From assembly GCA_963665665.1 (NCBI GenBank), contig OY762428.1, forward strand, positions 4,160,001 through 4,224,000: a DNA stretch of 64,000 nucleotides, in the 5' to 3' direction. The notes beneath the pieces are model-generated. The model saw only the letters and a list, made by a program, of their open reading frames with translations, had not been told where the DNA came from and searched no databases. Every line of letters starts with the position of its first letter. The stretch's first letter is position 1. Shown one piece after another: positions 57,675-64,000 of the stretch. A program made the translations under genes and the position numbers. This DNA is from Candidatus Kapaibacterium sp. Lineage in GTDB: Bacteria; Bacteroidota; Ignavibacteria; Kapaibacteriales; UBA2268.

Positions 57675-59111
57675 ATGACAGAAAAACTTAAACAGATCGA
57701 CAATTATTGCTGGGAACTTCCCAAGGGTACAGTTGAAGGAATGAACGTTCCGGCCCATGTTTACGCCAACAAAGAAATGTTGAAACTTGTTGCCAGGGAC
57801 AGATCCCTGATGCAATTAACAAATGTTACAATGCTCCCGGGAATTCTCGGTCAGGCAGTAGTTATGCCTGATGTTCATGAAGGATACGGCTTCCCTATTG
57901 GCACTGTTGCAGCTATTGCATACGACGGCGGGGTTATATCTCCAGGCGGAATCGGATATGATATTAACTGCGGGGTCAGGCTGCTGAGAACCAATATGAA
58001 CCGGGGTGAAATAATGCCCAGGCTAAAAGAAATATCCAAAGCCATGTATGATGAAGTGCCATCCGGAGTGGGAAAAGGCGGAGGCGTAAAACTGAATATT
58101 CCGGAACTCGACAAAGTATTGAATAAGGGGGTTGAATGGGCAGTTAAAGAAGGCTATGCAAGCAAAAACGACCTGCTGCATATTGAATCCAACGGCTGCA
58201 TGAAAACAGCCGAAGCTTATTCTGTATCCGAAAAAGCAAAAGCACGAGGCAAAGACCAGCTTGGTACAATGGGTGCCGGAAACCACTTCGTGGAAATCAA
58301 TGCCGTACAGCAGATATTTGATCAAGAAGCAGCCGAGGCTTACGGACTTTACAAAGGACAGATAGTTATCCAGATACATACCGGGTCGCGCGGGCTCGGG
58401 CATCAGGTGGCGACGGATTATATTCGCGAAATGATGTCGCAGATGGATAAATTCGGCTATAAACTGCCGGACAGAGAACTTGTCTGCGCTCCTCTTGATT
58501 CCGATATTGGCAAAAGATATCTGGCAGCAATGTCTGCGGCGGCAAACTTTGCCTGGACAAACCGCCAGCTAATCACATGGGAGATAAGAAAAGCCTGGGA
58601 AGAAGTATTCGGCCATACCGACGGCCTGGAACTTGTTTACGACGTTGCTCACAATATCGCCAAAATCGAAAAACATACAATAGCCGGAAACAAAATTAAA
58701 ACTATTGTCCACAGGAAAGGCGCTACCAGGGCTTTCCCTGCCGGACACACCGAAGTACCCGAAGATTATCGCTCCGTGGGGCAGCCGGTTCTTATACCCG
58801 GCAGCATGGGGACAGCCTCCTACGTTCTCGCAGGAAAACCCGGCGGAATGGAAAGGTCATTTGGCTCCAGTTGCCACGGCGCAGGCCGGACTATGTCCCG
58901 CACAAAAGCACGAAAGAAAATATTCGGAAAAGACCTATACAAAGAACTAAGCGGCATGGGAATTCAGGTGCAGACAAAATCCCTTAAAGGCCTCGCCGAA
59001 GAAGCCCCGGCAGCCTACAAAGACGTTGAAACAGTAGTTGACGTAGTTCATGAAGCCGGAATTGCAGGCAAAGTTGCCCGGCTGAAACCATTAGCGGTGA
59101 TAAAGGGGTAA
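57675..59111 (+). CDS. rtcB: RtcB family RNA ligase (3'-phosphate / 5'-OH)
   Basis: MPDVH.GYGFPIG, GYDINCGVR, GNHFVE, HTGSRGLG, HRKGAT, SCHGAGR, EEAP.AYKD. Confidence 0.97.
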   Translation: MTEKLKQIDNYCWELPKGTVEGMNVPAHVYANKEMLKLVARDRSLMQLTNVTMLPGILGQAVVMPDVHEGYGFPIGTVAAIAYDGGVISPGGIGYDINCGVRLLRTNMNRGEIMPRLKEISKAMYDEVPSGVGKGGGVKLNIPELDKVLNKGVEWAVKEGYASKNDLLHIESNGCMKTAEAYSVSEKAKARGKDQLGTMGAGNHFVEINAVQQIFDQEAAEAYGLYKGQIVIQIHTGSRGLGHQVATDYIREMMSQMDKFGYKLPDRELVCAPLDSDIGKRYLAAMSAAANFAWTNRQLITWEIRKAWEEVFGHTDGLELVYDVAHNIAKIEKHTIAGNKIKTIVHRKGATRAFPAGHTEVPEDYRSVGQPVLIPGSMGTASYVLAGKPGGMERSFGSSCHGAGRTMSRTKARKKIFGKDLYKELSGMGIQVQTKSLKGLAEEAPAAYKDVETVVDVVHEAGIAGKVARLKPLAVIKG

Positions 59112-59141
59112 GGAATTATTTAAAACTAATGGCCTCAAACC

Positions 59142-59681
59142 ATGATTGATGCAGATTGGAAAACGAAAGTTTTTGAAATTGATGAAAGCAAGATACAGAA
59201 TTATTTGTTTGATCGTTTGAATTCAAATTCTATCAAAATGATCTTTATGTTCATTTTATTTTCCATCATTACATTGTTGCATTATCTGTTATCAAATATG
59301 GTTGAAATGTTCATTACAGTGCCATTTTACATTTTAGTTATCATAGGTGTCGGACATTGGGGAAATAAAAGAGTAAAAAAAGAATGTCAGAAATTGTTTG
59401 GAAGAAAATTTGAACTTACGAGATTTTGTATTGTTCAAAAATCAAATGATAAAATTGATAAGAAATTTGAATTTTATGATATAGCTCTGATTGAAAAATC
59501 AAGACTCGGAGCAAAAATTATAAAAGGAAATACTTTAACAAAGATTGATTATTATATGCCTAAAAGATATTCATCATTACACTTTGATGAATCTCGTTTT
59601 ATATTTGTTCCGAGCATTACTAAAGACTATGATGAGCTGATACAAACACTTGAAATATGCAAGAAAAATGCTTACAATTAA
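59142..59681 (+). CDS. hypothetical membrane protein (two TM helices)
   Basis: Two hydrophobic segments followed by a small soluble domain; AT-rich. Confidence 0.55.
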   Translation: MIDADWKTKVFEIDESKIQNYLFDRLNSNSIKMIFMFILFSIITLLHYLLSNMVEMFITVPFYILVIIGVGHWGNKRVKKECQKLFGRKFELTRFCIVQKSNDKIDKKFEFYDIALIEKSRLGAKIIKGNTLTKIDYYMPKRYSSLHFDESRFIFVPSITKDYDELIQTLEICKKNAYN

Positions 59682-59719
59682 TTATATTTATTACGTTAAA
59701 ATAATGCAGGAGTATAGAA

Positions 59720-60019
59720 ATGAAAAACAATGAAACCATTACGCTTGATGAATTCAAGGAAAAACACTACGGGCACAGGGGTACGAAGGAAATGGAGGAA
59801 CTTGAAGACGGATGGCAAAACTTCAGGCTTGGCGCGCTTCTGCACGAAGCGAGGCTGGAAAAAGGTTTAACCCGGGAAGAACTTGCAAAAAGAGCAGGTA
59901 CTACAAAATCATATATTTCAAAAATTGAGAATAATGTTAAGGAAGTGAAACTATCGACATTGCAGAAAATTGTTCAATAAGGTCTGGGTGGCAGGATTGA
60001 ATTTTCTATAATTATTTAA
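59720..60019 (+). pseudogene. XRE/HigA-like HTH antitoxin-type gene with a probable premature stop at 59978-59980
   Basis: ARLEKGLT.EELA..AGTTKSYISKIEN HTH; after TAA the frame continues GLGGRIEFSIII*, the usual C-terminal tail of this family. Confidence 0.6.
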
Positions 60020-60050
60020 TACCTTATTTTCCAACTATTTATAAATTATT

Positions 60051-60485
60051 ATGAAACCTACAGAAGAACAAATTAAACAAATGGCAGTTACCATTGACTC
60101 AGGATTCCGATGCTGTTTCCATAAAAAAACAGGAGAAATTATTAATATTATGGATGAAATGCATTGGGGATATACTGACGATCCTATTTGGGATGAAAAT
60201 CAGGATTATGTTGACCGGAATAAAGAGTTTTTTATCGAATTCGAACCAATGAAATCCCATGAATCCTTTAAAATAATGGAGGATTTTGCCGATAGCGTCG
60301 AAGATGAAAAATTACAGGACATGCTTTTTTACGCGCTTAACGGCCCCAAACCCTTCCGTAATTTTAAATACCATATAGATAATTCCGGAGAATACCGGCA
60401 AAAATGGTTTGAATTTAAAGCTCATCGAATAATGGAAAACATAAAAAATATTATCAAGGCAAACGAAGAATTTTTTGAGGAATAA
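60051..60485 (+). CDS. UPF0158 family protein
   Basis: SHESFKIMEDF...L..AL.G.KPFRNFK....W..FK pattern. Confidence 0.85.
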   Translation: MKPTEEQIKQMAVTIDSGFRCCFHKKTGEIINIMDEMHWGYTDDPIWDENQDYVDRNKEFFIEFEPMKSHESFKIMEDFADSVEDEKLQDMLFYALNGPKPFRNFKYHIDNSGEYRQKWFEFKAHRIMENIKNIIKANEEFFEE

Positions 60486-60905
60486 AGTAAAATAGGAAAT
60501 TATATATAGTTCAATAATTTATGTACAGTAAGATTTGCTTATGTTTAGTTAACATTTTCTTCAAACAGAATCTGTTGATATTGAAATATTTTGAAATAAC
60601 TGGTTTGTGATGGTTGATAATATTGAGAGAATTTGATGAGCAATATTGAATAATTAACAATTCTCAATAATTTATTTTGGCTATTTGTTGAATAATTACA
60701 GCATATAATTCCTGTACAGATGATTCTAAATGGTTTATTGAAAAATAAGCCTGAATTATCAAAATTTGGCAACAAAAGTATAGGAACCAGTTGTGCCGCA
60801 TATTTTTATTAATATTATATTCTTTTAGACCCTGGATTTTCGAAGATAAATGTTACAAACTTTAGTTATGATTTCTTATCTTTAATTTTTCTAATTTTGA
60901 TGATT

Positions 60906-62021
60906 ATGAAAATACTTGTAATAAACTGGCAGGATATTAAGAACCCGTTTGGGGGCGGAGCAGAGGTGCACATGCATGAAATATTTAAGCGTATTGCCGC
61001 CCGGGGACATGACGTTACAATTTATTGCTGCGAAGTGGAAGGCGAACCCAAAGAAGAAACTATAGACGGGATAAAAATTATCAGGAACGGCAGCCGAAGC
61101 CTTTTCAACTATACCGTGAAAAAAATGTACAAAAGTCGTTTCAGTCATGAGAATTTTGATATAGTTATCGACGATATTAATAAAATACCGTTTTATACTC
61201 CGCGTTTTGTAAAGGAACCTTTGCTGGCAATCAGCCACCATTTTTTCGGGAAAAGTATTTTTCGCGAGGCTGACTTTATTTCCGGAATGTATGTGTATCT
61301 TGCTGAAATGCTTGTTGATAAAGTTTATAAAAATACTCCTTTTGCGGTTGTGTCGCAATCCACTCTGGATGAATTTATTGAAAGGGGATTCGCCGGGGAA
61401 AACTTTACTATCGTTCCGAATGCTATTGAACCGGACGAATATCCTATGGCAGTTGGCCAAAAAGATGAAAACCCGGTAATATCATACTTTGGCAGGTTGA
61501 AAAAATATAAATCAGTTGATCATCTTGTAAGGGCTTTTGCCAACGTTGCCGGAAAATATCCTGATGCAAAACTCCATATACTTGGCCGGGGGGATTTTAT
61601 GCCGAAACTGAAGGAACTTGCCCGCCAACTTGGAGTTGCAGAAAAAACAACCTTTTTCGGATTTGTCAGCGATGAAGATAAAGTGAAACTCCTTAGCAAT
61701 GCATGGTGCATGGTAAACACATCAATGAAAGAAGGGTGGGGGATTACCAATATTGAAGCCAATGCCTGCGGAACTCCGGTGATTTCCGCCGATTCTCCGG
61801 GACTAAGGGATTCGGTAAAGGAGGGATTATCCGGCCGGCTTTATGAATATGGAAATGTTGAAAAACTGTCTGAAATATTAGTTGAATTGATTGAAAACCA
61901 GGATGAAAGAAACAAATTATATCATGGTTCAGTAGAATGGGCATCGTCTTTTTCCTGGGATAAATCAGCTGATATTATGCTGGAATTGTGCAGGAGAGTG
62001 ATAGAAGCAAAAAAATCCTGA
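60906..62021 (+). CDS. glycosyltransferase family 4
   Basis: NWQDIKNP.GGGAEVH, YFGRLKKYK, EGWGITNIEANACGTPVI (EX7E). Confidence 0.93.
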   Translation: MKILVINWQDIKNPFGGGAEVHMHEIFKRIAARGHDVTIYCCEVEGEPKEETIDGIKIIRNGSRSLFNYTVKKMYKSRFSHENFDIVIDDINKIPFYTPRFVKEPLLAISHHFFGKSIFREADFISGMYVYLAEMLVDKVYKNTPFAVVSQSTLDEFIERGFAGENFTIVPNAIEPDEYPMAVGQKDENPVISYFGRLKKYKSVDHLVRAFANVAGKYPDAKLHILGRGDFMPKLKELARQLGVAEKTTFFGFVSDEDKVKLLSNAWCMVNTSMKEGWGITNIEANACGTPVISADSPGLRDSVKEGLSGRLYEYGNVEKLSEILVELIENQDERNKLYHGSVEWASSFSWDKSADIMLELCRRVIEAKKS

Positions 62022-62071
62022 TATAATTTTAGTTTTGAAAGATAAATCATTGCAGCATTGATTCTGCTTCA

Positions 62072-62079
62072 TATATTTG
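62072..62079 (+). promoter_or_regulatory. TAnnTTTG -7 element upstream of ruvA (same motif at 22441, 49841, 52187, 53580)
   Basis: TATATTTG ~30 bp before the ruvA ATG; the motif recurs upstream of rsfS, the BatA gene, the CMD gene and rluB. Confidence 0.5.
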
Positions 62080-62108
62080 CATATTGATTTACTAACAAGT
62101 GAGCATCT

Positions 62109-62708
62109 ATGATTGCACAGCTACGAGGTAAGATTGTAAGCAAAACATCAACAGAAATTGTAATTGACTGCAACGGGGTTGGTTACCTTGCCAGTATTAC
62201 CGTTACAACTTCAGAGAAACTTCCCGGTCCCGGCGAAGAAGCTATGGTTTATACTCTTCTTATTCCCCGTGAGGATGCTCTTAATCTCTATGGATTCAGA
62301 GACGAGCAGGAAAGGCTTGCTTTTACATTACTGACTTCAATTTCCGGAATCGGGGCAAAAATTGCTTTGGGAATTCTTTCATCCTTGTCGATCGAGGAAT
62401 TACGCAGCCTGGTTATTGAGGGTAATACGCTTGCAATGACCAAACTGCCGGGTATAGGTAAGAAAACTGCCGGACGTATTATCCTGGAATTGAAAGATAA
62501 AATGCTCAAACTGGATATTGGCGACGGTATTATGGACTCAGGCGGTAGTTCCGCATTAATAAAACAGGAAGCTTTGGCTGCTCTTGTTACTCTTGGTTAC
62601 TCGCGATTAACGGCTGAAAAAGCTGTAAAAAAAGCTGCTGATGACCTTGGAACCGATGCAACCCCGGAAAACCTGATTAAAGTTGCACTTAAATACGCGA
62701 TGAAATAA
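62109..62708 (+). CDS. ruvA: Holliday junction branch migration protein RuvA
   Basis: MIA.LRG, GVGY, REDA..LYGF, ISGIGAKIAL, PGIGKKTA.RI.LELKDK, AL..LGY. Confidence 0.97.
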   Translation: MIAQLRGKIVSKTSTEIVIDCNGVGYLASITVTTSEKLPGPGEEAMVYTLLIPREDALNLYGFRDEQERLAFTLLTSISGIGAKIALGILSSLSIEELRSLVIEGNTLAMTKLPGIGKKTAGRIILELKDKMLKLDIGDGIMDSGGSSALIKQEALAALVTLGYSRLTAEKAVKKAADDLGTDATPENLIKVALKYAMK

Positions 62709-63485
62709 ATGCTTAAATTATTAGTAATACCAGGTATCGATATCCATAATGGTATGTGTACTTACTGCATTAGCGGTAACGAAGGCATGGAACAGCTTTA
62801 TGACGAATTCTCCAAAAATCCTGATAAACTTTGCTCTTTGCTGAGAAGGGAGAATTCCAGAAGTATTTTCGTTAAGGATAATGATTCATTTACCGGGGAC
62901 TTCGATAACAGCGATATTCTCCTGCAAATTCCCAAAGCTGTGGAAATACCGCTGGTTCTCTATATAAACAGAAGTAACTTTGAGGAGTATGCTTGGTTTC
63001 TGAACCAGGGATATTACCGTGTAATGATTGACGATATTGTTTATACTAATCCGGATGATACAAGGAAATTGATTGATAAATTCGGCTGCTCCCGTATAAT
63101 CTTTGGTTTTCTTGGAAAGAATGGTGAAAGGAATCTACCAGACGGAAGTATTATTACAATTGATGATTTTATTGATAAAATTAAGCCCTACAAGCCGCAA
63201 AGGCTGGTTTACGGTGATGACCAATGGATAGAAAGAAATGAGCCTGATAATAGTTTCCTGCTTGAATTAAGCAAAAAATTAAAATGCAGGGTTACTCTTT
63301 ATAATACTGTTAATTCACCACACCATTTGTGGAAACTGACGGAAATAGCACCTCAGGGAATTGATTCCGTAATCATAGGAAAGCCGATTTTCGATAATAA
63401 TTTTCCCTGCCAGAAATTATGGCGATTTGCCGAATCTTTGACAGAACCGGAATTGCAGGGAAAAGATAATAATCGGCAGAAATAA
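62709..63485 (+). CDS. HisA/HisF-related TIM-barrel protein (divergent)
   Basis: VIPGIDI..G.C start and GIDSVIIGK end resemble HisA; the middle is degenerate. Confidence 0.65.
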   Translation: MLKLLVIPGIDIHNGMCTYCISGNEGMEQLYDEFSKNPDKLCSLLRRENSRSIFVKDNDSFTGDFDNSDILLQIPKAVEIPLVLYINRSNFEEYAWFLNQGYYRVMIDDIVYTNPDDTRKLIDKFGCSRIIFGFLGKNGERNLPDGSIITIDDFIDKIKPYKPQRLVYGDDQWIERNEPDNSFLLELSKKLKCRVTLYNTVNSPHHLWKLTEIAPQGIDSVIIGKPIFDNNFPCQKLWRFAESLTEPELQGKDNNRQK

Positions 63486-63695
63486 AAATTTCGTATAAAA
63501 AATTAGAAATCTTTTTTTTTGGAAAATATCCTTGTTTTCAATGAAAAAAGGGGTTTATTCGCAGTGTTTTGTATAAATATGCTAATATTATTTTATCATT
63601 TTCAATTTTACTAACGCCAAAGTTTCTTATTTATCATATAAAAATAGTAAATTATATAGTGAAATTTGCAATAAAGAAATTCTGTTAAAGGATAT

Positions 63696-64000
63696 ATGAA
63701 AAAAAGATTTTCCATTTTATTTGTAAGCTGTTTTCTTTTAACTATTAATAATCTTTACTCATCCGATGAAAAACTCGTGATAGAATGGGCGGACAGCCTT
63801 GTGGGAAGTATGGCATCAAATGCACAGGTGCAGCGCTATGCCGGCAATGTCAGGATTAAGCACAAAGATATTAAGATTTTTTGCGATATTGCAACGGAAT
63901 ACCTGAGCCAGAATAGGGCGGAGCTGATAAGCAACGTGAAAATGCATCAGGACAATATGGTACTAACAGCGCCCCGGGCTGATTATGATGCAGCTACTGA
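63696..64000 (+). CDS. OstA/LptA-like beta-jellyroll protein (partial, runs off the window)
   Basis: MKKRFSILF signal peptide then IEWADSLVG...GNVRIKH....FCD.A..Y...N.AEL..NV...Q....LTA.RADY. Confidence 0.8.
   Translation, partial: MKKRFSILFVSCFLLTINNLYSSDEKLVIEWADSLVGSMASNAQVQRYAGNVRIKHKDIKIFCDIATEYLSQNRAELISNVKMHQDNMVLTAPRADYDAAT

Noticed and set aside
60545-60775. 76-aa minus-strand ORF between UPF0158 and the glycosyltransferase
   Set aside because: TTG start, very AT-rich, no motif; cannot be supported as a gene.
2017-61944. Short antisense or alternate-frame ORFs nested in long genes (e.g. 7822-8211, 18688-19254, 50884-51336, 60891-61460)
   Set aside because: They are shadows of well-supported genes and show no independent motifs.

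Overview
AT-rich bacterial chromosomal window, most likely from the FCB superphylum (Ignavibacteria/Kapabacteria-like). The basis is T9SS C-terminal sorting domains, recurring Bacteroidota-type TAnnTTTG promoter elements and a BatA-domain protein; the taxonomy is inferred, not proven. Housekeeping genes include a galE-like epimerase, a TrmH-family methylase, plsY, pyrG, rnpB, nif3/zinc-ribbon, rsfS, argS, an rluB-like gene, lysC, lysA, rtcB, ruvA and a partial OstA-like gene. These are interspersed with exported and outer-membrane genes. No rRNA, tRNA, CRISPR array, integrase, transposase or reverse transcriptase was seen. Five things stand out. (1) A ~690-aa putative HTH-TIR-PLP(fold II) fusion sits between tryptophanase and a porin-CotH operon. 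(2) A beta-propeller gene has its T9SS sorting domain in the -1 frame behind an A9 / A-AAA-AAG slippery site. (3) The ~1.2-kb gap between convergent argS and GH92 holds two mutually inverted, homologous 21-bp arrays, and the 21-bp phase is kept across embedded REP-like hairpins. (4) An ODP-type di-iron protein is paired with a short soluble protein carrying two chemoreceptor-tip-like motifs. (5) Three tandem outer-membrane paralogs share an exact 303-bp tract. All domain calls come from reading motifs by eye; no database searches were run.
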